Shown here in pieces: positions 51,049 through 62,398 of a DNA stretch of 64,000 nt. A program made the translations under genes and the position numbers. Under the pieces are notes generated by a model. It was not told the DNA's origin and did not search any database. It was given only the letters and a program-made list of their open reading frames with translations. Origin of the DNA: Octopus sinensis (lineage: Eukaryota); contig NC_042998.1 of NCBI RefSeq assembly GCF_006345805.1, positions 25,978,001-26,042,000 of the forward strand, given 5' to 3'. Position 1 is the stretch's first letter. Each line of letters begins with the position of its first letter.

Positions 51049-51261
51049 TTCTAGAATAAAGCTGATACTGAGCAAATTATAAAGTTGTTATTGTTTTTGT
51101 TCCCAGATCATTCCTAATCTTATAATCAAAGTTATTTCAGACTTGTCTTGTTTCTTACCCTTGACACAATGTACCTAAGACAACATCATCTAACCCTTTT
51201 GCTACTATATTTCTGTTAAAGTACTCTTCTCTTGTTTCAATTAATTTTGAAAATAATAAAT

Positions 51262-51660
51262 TCATCATCATCATCATCATTGTTTAACATCCGCTTTCCA
51301 TACTAGCATGGGTTGGACGATTTGACTGAGGTCTGGCAAACCAGATGGCTGCACCAGATTCCAGTCTGATCTGGCAGAGTTTCTACAGCTGGATGCCCTT
51401 CCTAACGCCAACCATGTGAGAGTGTAGTGAGTGCTTTTACGTGCCACCAGCATGAGGGCCAGTCAGGCAGAACTGGCAACAGCCACACTCAAATAGTACT
51501 TTTTATGTGCCACCTGCACAGGAGCCAGTCCAGCGGCACTGGCAACGACCTCGCTCGAATGCTTTTTTTCCCGTGCCACCAGCACAAGTGCTAGTAAGGC
51601 GATGCAGGTAATGATCATGCTCGAATGGTATCTTTCACGTGCCATCGGGCTGGAGGCCAG
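51262..51660 (-). mobile_element. Family C element
   Basis: (CAT)n end, core, modules. Confidence 0.9.
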
Positions 51661-52079
51661 CTTACGATAAATTTGTCATTATTAAGCTGACGTTTGGAGC
51701 TTGTTGGAAGGTTTTAATTTGTATCACTTTAAACAGGAAGTTTATGTCATAGAATTGTTGGCAGTTTCAAGTGAGTTGCTATGAAAATGGCTAAGACATT
51801 TGGTGATGTGATCTGGAAGAGATTTTGGTTTATACAGGGAATTCAAAACATCTCACCGCTGTAACTATTTTATTGCAAAATAAATATTTATAGGATGGTA
51901 TAAGACTACAAAAGAATATATTAGACTTTACAAGACTTGAGAAAAACTTTATAAGAGGTGTTGAAAGTGTTGTTCTTCATTTTCAATACATAAGTTCAAT
52001 ATAAATTCTTTTTCTACATATTTTCAACTCATAATTTTGCCACGTGGTGTATACTGAATCTTCAGTATCTTTACACCAT

Positions 52080-52087
52080 GTATATTT

Positions 52088-52162
<75 letters not shown>

Positions 52163-52290
52163 ATATATATATATATCAAGATTGGAGCCTGGTACAACCA
52201 TCTGGTTCGCCATCCCTCAGTCAAAATCGTCCAACCCATGCTAGCATGGAAAGTGGACGTTAAACGATGATGATGATGATGATGATGATA
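52080..52290 (+). mobile_element. (TA)n tract followed by family C 3' fragment
   Basis: GATTGGAGCCTGG..GGACGTTAAACGATGATG. Confidence 0.82.
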
Positions 52291-54659
52291 TATATATACA
52301 TACACATGTGCATATGCCCATATACAAATAATGTTTGTATGTGTGTATATCACAAATTACTTTGTGAATCCACGAATGTCAGTGCCTATAAAAAGCATCC
52401 AGTAACTCTATAAAGCAGTTGGCATTAGGAAGGGCATCAAGCTGTAGAATCCATGCCAAAACAGACAATGGAACGTGGTGCAGCTCTCAGCTGCTGTTTA
52501 ATGACAGAAACAAGTAAAAGATTTTTTTTTAAATACCATGTTTCTTGGTCAAATATCATTGGCACATGTGAAATTGTAGTGAAAAAGTTTCTGAATCAGT
52601 TGCTTAGTTCTGGATGTGACCCACAGGAAGAGGATTTTACAAAGTAGTTTGAATGCCATATGTTATTCCCAGCTTTGTTAACAATAAATAAAACATTTCT
52701 AAAACCAGGTAACTTCTGTATTTGAATTTGAGATGGAGTGATGAAGGTCACAATTTATTTATTTGTGTATCATGTAGGGATGCTGAACGTACACCATTTT
52801 AATTGTTGGCATAATTTCATCATTTCTCTGAAGATAAGCTGGATTAGATGGTCAAAATTAGAATGGAGATGGGCTACCCTCAATTTTTCTGTCAGATATC
52901 TAACAGAATATCTGTCTAATTAGATATTCATGATGAACAACAACAATCATAACAACAACAAATCTCATAACAGCAACATAAAATGTAAAAATAATTGCCT
53001 TTCCCTTCTGGCTTATACACATTATTAAAAAAATAATAAATGTATGAAATTATCAACTCTTTCGTTTTTAGGAGAAAATGTCCTACAGGCTATAGATACA
53101 AAATTTCCTTTATTAAAAATATTTTATATCTCATCTCATCAAAAGTAAAGGAAATTTTAGGGTAACCAATCAAAGCCATAAATAAAAGGAATGTTTCTTA
53201 TGATTTATCATTTTGAAATAAGGATTGATAATGTTGTGGAGGAGCAATATATAACCATTATAAGGAAATTAAATGGAAGGAATAATCAATCAATTTCTCA
53301 CCTACTTTCCATATAAGGAAGATCTGTTAAATGCAAATGCAGATAAAATCTTCGCTTCAAAGCTTTGAATTGGATATTTTTTAAACTATTCTATTGAATA
53401 TATCATAAATATGTAACAAACCGTAGATATGCAATAATTTTCTTTATTAACTGATTGATTTATGGCACTGTTATTAACGAGGAATTATCCAAAATAAATT
53501 GTAAATGCTTCCTTTTCTGACAAATACAGAACAAAAAAATACTATACTATATTGAAATTAATTTATTGAAAGCAGTATTCGGGTTTTGTACAAGTAATAT
53601 CATTGCCAGGAATTTGATCAAGTAAGTTAATTAGTTTTACCATTTTAAAGTTTATTTTTTAAAAAAAAAAGCATTAAATGACACAATTAATCTTAATGTA
53701 GTTGAAGGATTTGGTTCATTTTTCAAACTACAAAATATTGGAATTCCACTGAATTAAATGTATCAGTCTAATTAAATATATTTTTTCTTCAAATAAGAAC
53801 ATTGATTCTTTTTTATTGCTGAAGGATATGTGAACATTGAAAAGCTATTTTGGAGGTTAAAAAAAAAAAAGACACAGAAGAAATAATGTAATTGATTTGT
53901 CATGAGTCTATTGTTTTGAATGTGAATACTCAAGCTGACAAAAGATTGCTGGTGAAGCCTTGAAGAACAACAATATTCAATAAAATTTAAATTTCTTATC
54001 AAATCCTAGTTTTTAATCATTCCAGTTTGTTTTTGTTTCCTCTGTTTCCTTTCAATTCTGTTATATTCTAGAACTGTACTTATTTTAGCTTTACAGTTCT
54101 TTGGTTTTCTTTGATATTTTTCACATCCATTGTTTCAGAATTCTTTTAATTGAATGCTTATCTGCCATACCTTTCACTCTAATTGATTTTGCTCACAAAA
54201 CTATTCAGAAATCAGTTATCTGTAAATCTAATAAATATCATGCATTAGCTAGGTTTTCTGTTTTTCTTTTTTTTTTTTGTTTGCTTCGTTTGTTTGGGTT
54301 TTTTTCTTTTTAAGCTTAACTTCAACTTACCGCTTTTTCTATCATTCTATTCTTCATTGATGTATAGTTATTAATGTAAACTATTTTTGGCATAAGAATT
54401 GCTATGCAGTGATTGTATAATATCTACAGTACAAGAACAATCAATGGGAACGATTCCAAGATAGTTATTTGAAACCATTAAATAAAGGTATAAAAAGAAA
54501 CTTAATAAAAGAAGTCTTTTAAAACTTCAGTATATATATTTCCTAATAATAAATTAAAGAAAGATTGAAAATAAGACATTGATGTTGAATGAATTCTTCA
54601 AGAAGTTTCAAATGGTAACAGTGGTAAGTTATTATAAGCATTTCTGCCTTTCTAAAGCT

Positions 54660-55200
54660 TCTTAAAAATCAAGGAGGATTCAAGATATTTAAAATCACTA
54701 ACATATTTGTATTAGAGTTTACAATTAAATTTACAATTTTAATTGTCATTATATTAATATGATATAGAAATACTCACATGACAAGATAAAAGTGTGAACG
54801 TATGATAGAAATTGAATAACTCAGAAAGAATTAAGAACAAAATTGAATATATCAACGATAGGAACTGGAAATATTTCTATGTTCAATATTAATTTTATAA
54901 AAATGAAGAGATTCACTCGTACAAAAGATAATGAACAGTATTGTCGAGAACCAGGAAAAATGATTGGAAGCAAAAGATTTTGAAATGAGATACTAAGATG
55001 AAATGCAGATAGCAACAAGCATATCCAAGAAAATAATAACAAAAAAGGTTGACATTCAATAATCTGTGTGCATTAAGACTGATGCATTCAAAAGATTTAG
55101 TAATATTTTTGGCAAAATTATAGGAAATTCACACTTCATGCGGTGCAAACTGAGTCAACTGCTAACAATAAATGAAGGACAACAATGGTGTAAAAAAGAA
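54660..55200 (+). pseudogene. Possible decayed TLR-like segment (TM + TIR)
   Basis: hydrophobic IFVLEFTIKFTILIVIILI*YRN, then ICVH and (shifted frame) KTDAFKRFSNIFGKIIGNSH..LS..QWCKKE, echoing TIR LCxH..NI..I..S..LS..WCxxE; by eye only. Confidence 0.35.
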
Positions 55201-55225
55201 AAAAAATCAGTATATCTTCTATATC

Positions 55226-55470
55226 TATTTCTTTACTACCCACAAGGGGCTAAACATAGAGGGGACAAACAAGAACAGACAAACGGATTGAGTCGATTAT
55301 TTCCTATAATTTTACCAAAAATATTACTAAATCTTTTGTATGCATCAGTCTTATATAAAGGATGAAAGGCAAAATCGACCTTGGCGGAATTTGAACTCAG
55401 AACATAACGGCAAACGAAATACGGCTACACATTTCACCCGGCATGCTAACACTTCTGCCAGCTTGCCACC
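55226..55470 (-). mobile_element. Family B SINE with 19-bp TSD and internal foreign insert
   Basis: TCAGTATATCTTCTATATC at 55207-55225 and 55486-55504. Confidence 0.88.
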
Positions 55471-55500
55471 TTATATATATATATATCAGTATATCTTCTA

Positions 55501-55855
55501 TATCATCATCATCATCGTCGTTTAACGTCCACTTTTCATGCTGGCATGGGTTGGATGGTTTGACTGAGGACTGGGAAGCCAGAAGACTGCACCAGGCTCC
55601 AATCCGATCTGGCGATGTTTCTACAGCTGGATGCTCTTCCTAACACCAACCACTCTGAGAGTGTAGTGGCTGTTTTTTATGTGCCACCGGCATGAGGGCC
55701 AGTTAGGCAGTCCTGGCATTGACCACGCTTGAATGGTGCTTTTTACGTGCTGCCAGCATGGGAGCCAGTCAGCTGGCACTGGTATCGACCACATTCAAAT
55801 GGTGCTTTTTACGTGCCACCAGCACATGACCAGTCAGCCAGCACTGGCACTGGTG
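55501..55855 (-). mobile_element. Family C element with three modules
   Basis: direct inspection. Confidence 0.9.
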
Positions 55856-56079
55856 ATGTCCATGATGATAATGGGGAAGATGGGAGAGTAGGGTGAAAGG
55901 GGGGAAACAGAAGAGGAGAAAGAGGCGGAGGAGAAATAAGGGAAAGGTTATGAGTAAATAAGGAAGGTTATTATAACCAAAATGATGTAGCTTATGATAT
56001 TCATTAACTATTTAGCATTCTGCAAACACTATTATAATTATGAAATTTTCAATGACCACCCACTTTTAAATAAATTTTT

Positions 56080-56500
56080 GGTAGATGCAGGAGTGGCTTT
56101 GTGGTAAGTAGCTTGCTTACCAGCCACATGGTTCCGGGTTCATTCCCACTGTGTGGCATCTTGGGCAAATGTCTTCTACTATAGCTTTGGGCCGACCAAG
56201 CCTTGTGAGTGGATTTGGGAGACGGAAACTGAAAGAAGCCCGTCGTATATATGTATATATATATTTATATGTATGTGTGTGTATATGTTTGTGTGTCTGT
56301 GTTTGTTTGTCTCTCCAGCATCACTTGACAACCGATGCTGGTGTGTTTACATCCCTGTAACTTAGTGGTTCGGCAAAAGAGACCGATCGAATAAGTACAC
56401 GGCTTACAAAGAATAAGTCCTGGGGTCGATTTGCTCGACTAAAGGCGGTGCTACAGCATGGCCACAGTCAAATGACTGAAGCAAGTAAAAGAGTAAAAGA
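56080..56500 (+). mobile_element. Family A SINE
   Basis: full head to tail. Confidence 0.92.
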
Positions 56501-56899
56501 GACAATTATTTCATAATCTATATCTCATCTGTGTAATCAGATTGATTTTTGTTTTATCAAATCATATTATATTCCTGGTCGCTGTGGATACTGCAATGCT
56601 ACACTTTGATAATCTGTATTATGCTATTTTATGCTACAAGCAGGAACCATTTCCTTCTTTATCCAAATATATATTGGCTTCAATTTATGGGATTATCAAA
56701 TACTTAAGAATGGTACTGTTTTTCTATTACTCTCTCTTTTTCTCCTACTCTCTGTTTCTCTGACTCTCTGTCAGTTTATCTGTTTGTGTGTATCTTGGTA
56801 AAATTCTGAGATTGATCTACTTTCTAACAAATATCTTTCAATTATTTCTGATCTATATTTTTATCAACACAACAAAAATATATATGTATGTGTGTGTGT

Positions 56900-57316
56900 A
56901 TACTCTTTTTACTCTTTTACTTGTTTCAGTTATTTGACTGTGGCCATGATGGAGCACCGCCTTTAGTCGAGCAAATCGACTCCACGACTTATTCTTTGTA
57001 TCAGTCTCTTTTGCCGAACCGCTAAGTTATGGGGACATAAACATACCAGCATTGGTTGTCAAGCGATGTTGAGGGGACAAACACAGATATACAACATATA
57101 CACTCACATACATACATACATATATATATATAGATATATATATACGTACACATATGATGGTCTTCTTTCAGTTTCCATCTACCAAATCCACTCACAAAGC
57201 TTTGGTCTGCCCGAGGCTATAGTAGAAGACACTTTCCCAAGGTGCCACACAGTGGGACTGAACCCAGAACCATGTGGTTGGTAAGCAAACTACTTACCAC
57301 ACATCCACTCCTGTGC
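56900..57316 (-). mobile_element. Family A SINE
   Basis: tail to head, small internal deletion. Confidence 0.9.
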
Positions 57317-58282
57317 CTATATATATATATATATATATAAAGAGGAAAACAAGTGAGAAAAAGGTAGTAACATCATCCTAATCAAGACTGCCACTTTACG
57401 TTGGAAAATAGATTTTACTATATATATACGTGTGTGTAATTTTTATATTGTCAGTAGAGTCTGGTGATAGAATTACTAATGTCCAAATATAAATTATATT
57501 ATTTTCCATTTATAAACACACATTACCATTTCAAAATCTATTCTCCATTTGTGAATCTTTGCAGGGTCTAAAGTTGAAATTTTAGATTTAAAAAGATTTC
57601 AAATATTTTTGTTCATTATCCTTTGCTAGTTAATATAAACATGAGTTACCAGAATGACAAAAATGATTTAAACCATTTCCTTATGCATTCTATGCTGAAA
57701 CATAATTTCACATAATAACACCTGCTTTTATTCACATAATTTATTAAAAAAGGAAAGCAAAGCAGAGTATTAGTTTGTATCATTATTTTTGAATTCTTTT
57801 ATTTTTTCAATCAGCTCATGTGTTTCTGTGCTTGAATAATAATTATGATAAAGATTGATTTTTTTCTCTCTCTTTAGGTATTAATATTTTGCTGATAATC
57901 TCAATTGTTATTTCCTTTTGCCATACAAATCTTTCACTAAAATTTTCACAGGGGATACCTAATATTTCCAGTCAATTTGAACTGCAAATGTTTCCAAGCT
58001 ACAACTTTATTTATTTAAAGATTCAAGTAAACCTCTCAATGATATTTCTTATTCAATTTATTTCTTGTTATCTTTGGAGAAATGAAAACGATTCATATAT
58101 AATATAATATATTTGTGTAAAATGACATTGACGTCTGAAATATTTATTCAGCATCTAGGAACGAATAAAAGAAGGGTTGATTTCTAATAAGATATATCTG
58201 GAATTCAGTGATGTAAATTTAATGAAGAGTCTAGCTTATTTTTTTTGTGTGTATGTCTTGGGAGTGTCATGATGACAATACC

Positions 58283-58862
58283 TATTTCTTTACTACTCAC
58301 AAGGGGCTAAACACAGAGAGGACAAACAAGGTCAGACAAACGGATCAAGTCGATTATATCGACCCCAGTGTGTAACTGGTACTTAATTTATTGACCCTGA
58401 AAGGATGAAAGGCAAAGTCAACCTCGGTGGAATTTGAACTCAGAACCTAGCAGTAGACGAAATACCTATTTCTTTACTACCCACAAGGGGCTAAACACAG
58501 AGATGACAAACAAGGTCAGACAAACGGATCAAGTCGATTATATCGACCCCAGTGCATAACTGGTACTTATTTAATCGACCCCGAAAGGATGAAAGGCAAA
58601 GTCGACCTAGAGGAATTTGAACTTAGAATACTTATTTCTTTACTACCCACAAGGGGCTAAACACAGAGGGGACAAACAGGGACAGACAAACGGATTACGT
58701 CGATTACATCAACCCCAGTGTGTAACTGGTACTTAATTTATTGACCTCAAAAGGATGAAAGGCAAAGTCGACCTCGGCGGAATTTGAACTCATAATGTAA
58801 CGGCAGACGAAATACGGCTACGCATTTCGCCCGGTGTGCTAACGTTTCTGCCAGCTCACCAC
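58283..58862 (-). mobile_element. Family B SINE, head plus three tandem bodies
   Basis: TATTTCTTTACT tail restarts at ~58283, ~58467, ~58634. Confidence 0.92.
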
Positions 58863-59099
58863 CTTCATGTTGCCAATACTAACACACACTCAGATTCTAT
58901 TCCAGTTTTTCTTTTATTTTTAGTTAGTTGGTTAAATATCAAACTAACTAACAAATCGATTGTTTGTTTAATGTGCAGTTAGTTAAACAATGAATTGATT
59001 GTTTGTTAGTCAAAGATTTTTTGTTACTGTTCACAACCTTTTCAGTGGCTTAGTGATTTCCCCTCTCACTCCAAGGTCTGCTCTGCATCTGTTTGAGAA

Positions 59100-59155
59100 T
59101 TTGTCTTATGTCTGTGTTTACACATGCTTGTATGTATATATGTATGTGTGTGTGT

Positions 59156-59191
<36 letters not shown>

Positions 59192-59205
59192 ATGTGTGTG
59201 TGTAG
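59100..59205. repeat. (TG)n microsatellite
   Basis: direct inspection. Confidence 0.93.
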
Positions 59206-59257
59206 ATGTGTTTGGTTAGAAAAGGAGTAAAGGTGAGAGTAAACTTTTTGTGTAAAG

Positions 59258-59833
59258 TAGTGTTTCTCAACCGTTTTACCCTTGCATAACCCTTAAAATA
59301 AATTACATGTCTCAAGGAACCCCTGCACAAAAAAGATTATATACCATATCTTACTCATATTTTTTTCATCGTAGTTCACAAGGTAAACATCATATATATA
59401 TATATATTTTATAGAGGGCATTATTACACATAAATGCCACATACTAGGAGGGATTCTTAAAGTCAAAACTAGTTTTGACTTTAAGAATCCCTTCTAGTGT
59501 GTGGCATTTATGTGTAATAATGCCCTCTATAAAATAAAAATGAATACATTTAAAGGAAAAAAAAAATTGATGGATTTTTTCTCTTATGAGGTTTTTCACG
59601 CTAACTACTTGATAAATTCTTGTAAAGATTTTATCCTATTTTAAAAATATATATATATATTGTAATATTACAATATTACAATAGCCAATATTACAATAAC
59701 TAATAACATGTGCATGAATAGTAATATTATGATTATGACATTAGCATTAGTTTATCTCACTCTTTCTTGTGGACCCCCTAGAAACCTTTGGCAGAACCAT
59801 AGCGTTCCAGGGAACCCTGGTTGAGAAACACTG
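59258..59833. mobile_element. hAT-like MITE with perfect 8-bp TSD
   Basis: TIRs TAGTGTTTCTCAACC / GGTTGAGAAACACTG; GTGTAAAG at 59250-59257 and 59834-59841. Confidence 0.92.
59405..59536. repeat. 132-bp loopless palindrome
   Basis: centre AAAACT|AGTTTT (59470/59471); 66-bp arms with 2 mismatches. Confidence 0.95.
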
Positions 59834-60180
59834 GTGTAAAGCCTCAGCTGCAAATCCTTTATAATATACTTTTGATAAAATGACAGAATTTCATTGCAAA
59901 GAACAGACAATTTGTTAAATGCATTAGCAACGACAATGATAAAAAAAACAAACAATTATTATGGATAAATAAGGGTTTCTAATTTTGGGACAAGGCCAGC
60001 AATTGTGAGAGGAACGGGAAGTTGATTACATGGCCCCCAGTGCCCAACTGGTACTTATTCTATTAACCCCAAAGTCATCCCCAGTAAAAGAGACTAAAGA
60101 AATACAATTGAATATGTTTTCTAATGTGGTAATGATTTTACCAGCTCACCATCTTAAATGCCAACAGAAAATATAATTAA

Positions 60181-60665
60181 GGCGGCGAGCTGGCAGAAAC
60201 GTTAGCATGCCGGGTGAAATGCTTAGTGGTATTTCATCTGCCGGGCGAGCTGGCAGAAACGTTAGCACGCCGGGCGAAATGCTTAGCGGTATTTCGTCTG
60301 CTGCTGCGTTCTGAGTTCAAATTCCGCCGAGGTCGACTTTGCCTTTCATCCTTTCAGGGTCGATTAAATAAGTACTAGTTACGCACTGGGGTCGATGTAA
60401 TCGACTTAATCCGTTTGTCTGTCCTTGTTTGTCCTCTCTGTGTTTGGCCCCTTGTGGGTAGTAAAGAAATAGGTATTTCATCTGCCGCTATGTTCTGAGT
60501 CCAAATTCTGCCAAGGTTGACTTTGCCTTTCATCCTTTCGGGGTCGATAAATTAAGTACCAGTTACGCACTGGGGTCAATGTAATTGACTCAATCCATTT
60601 GTCTGTCTTGTTTGTCCCCTCTATGTTTGTTCCCTTGTGGGAAATAAAGAAATAAGAAATAAGAA
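60181..60665 (+). mobile_element. Family B SINE with duplicated head and tandem second body
   Basis: head at 60181 and ~60243; junction GTAAAGAAATA|GGTATTTCATCTGCC at ~60460-60485. Confidence 0.92.
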
Positions 60666-60889
60666 AATATAATACAAAGAACAAGCTATCAAGAGAGCTT
60701 CTTAACGGACATTTAACTGCTTCAAAAAGCAGTCAAATTCTTTCAAATCATTACATCTTACCATTTTAGAATAGGACACACTGGATATAGTCCTGTTTTC
60801 TCTGTGCATAATAAAAAGATGGGGTAGTCATTGTTAGAATGCCTTTCATCATAATTTTGTTCAATGAGGCTTAATAAGGGATTAAATAA

Positions 60890-61035
60890 TCCTTTCTACT
60901 ATAGATACAAGGCCTCAAATTTTGGGAGAAGGAGCAAGTCAATTACATTGACCCAGTACACAAATGGTAATTAATTAACCACCTCAAAAGGATGAAAGGC
61001 TAAGTTGACCTCGGTGGAATATGAACTCAGAATAA
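60890..61035 (-). mobile_element. Family B variant
   Basis: GGATGAAAGGCTAAGTTGACCTCGGTGGAAT. Confidence 0.75.
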
Positions 61036-61355
61036 AGGACTAAATAATAATAACAAAGCGAAGGAGCCTCTACATGGCCACTTGACCTGCTAGATATAGC
61101 AAGCAAATTTTGCTTAAATTACACCTTACTGCAATGGCTGGTTTGCTATTAGATATATGATGTTTTGAAAAATAAATATGGTATAGTCATGGTAGGAGCT
61201 CTTTTAATCATAGATCTGCTCAGTTAGAACCAACCTGGAGCCAAGCAACCACAACAACCAAAAAAAAAGCGAAAACAAAAACGTCAACAAATATTTTTTT
61301 TAAAAAAAAAGCAAGGCTAGACAAAAGCAGTGTAATGAATGACTTTAATCAGTGA

Positions 61356-61810
61356 GAACATATCACCTGCCAATCATGGAACGATAAAGGACATAAAGCC
61401 ATTTCATTCATTTCTATTAACAAAGCTAGCATTATTCTCTCTTCTAATCAGTTTTTCTGTTTTATTTCTTTTTATTATGATAGATTTAAAATCAATATTA
61501 CTGTGTTAGTGTTCTCTTGCAGCCTATTGACAACGTTAAAAAGAAAAGAAGAAAAAAAACAAAAACATTTCCTTCAACCACAAATTCCAAAATGTAACAG
61601 CAAGCAGTGAAAGAAAAACAAAGTTCGGAATGAAACAAGAAAATTAATCAGAGGTTTCACAAGAATTAAGATGCAAGAATCATATTAAAGATGTACAAGG
61701 CAAAATACCTACTCCAAAGTGCTGAGAAATGAATTCATAAAATATGTATTAGAACTCATGACAAATCAAGGAATTTGAATTGTAGAAATATATGTCTTAC
61801 TCCAAAGCTT
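61356..61810 (+). pseudogene. Possible decayed TLR-like segment (end of LRR-CT, TM, start of TIR)
   Basis: 84 stop-free codons (61356-61607), 3 stops in ~150 codons; HITCQSWNDKGHKAISF, hydrophobic stretch with YYDRF, YSKVLRNEFIKYVLELMTNQGI; by eye only. Confidence 0.3.
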
Positions 61811-61815
<5 letters not shown>

Positions 61816-61842
<27 letters not shown>

Positions 61843-61882
61843 CCATCACCATCACCACCACCACCACCACCATCACCATCAC

Positions 61883-61916
<34 letters not shown>

Positions 61917-62398
61917 GTTTAACGTCCGTTTTCCATGCTAGCACGGGTTGGGCGGGTCGACAGGGTTCTGGGAAGCCAGGAGGCTGTACCAGGCTCCAGT
62001 CTGATCTGGTAGTGTTTCTACAGCTTGATGCCCTTCCTAACGCCAACCACTCCATGAGTGTAGTGGGTGCTTTTTATGTACCACCGGCACAAGTGTCAGG
62101 AGAGGCTGGCAGCAGCCACGATCGGTTGGTGCTCTTTACGTGCCACCAGCACAGAAGCCAGTCAAGGCAGTGCTGGCATCAGCCACGTTCAGATGGTGCT
62201 TTTTACATGCCACCGGCACTGGTATCACAATTATAATTACCATTTGATATTTATTTTGATGTTGATGTACTTGACTCAATAGGTCTCCTCAAGCACAGCA
62301 GGTCATGTACCAACGGCAGAGAAGCCAGTCAAGGTGGCACTGGCATCAGCCACATTCAGATGGTGCTTTTTACGTGCCGCCGGTACATGTATCATAAC
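61816..62398 (-). mobile_element. Family C element with long (CAT/CAC)n tail, flanked by a ~72-bp direct repeat
   Basis: 61743-61814 repeated at 62399-62472. Confidence 0.9.

Noticed and set aside
3410-60300. tRNA-like A/B boxes as tRNA genes
   Set aside because: They are SINE heads continuing into repeat bodies; no complete cloverleaf was recognised.
7038-60684. Recurrent peptides such as RNWYLIYRPRKDERQSRP, QLDALPNANHS and TCPRCHAVGLNPEPCGW
   Set aside because: Translations of SINE families A, B and C, not a paralogous gene family.
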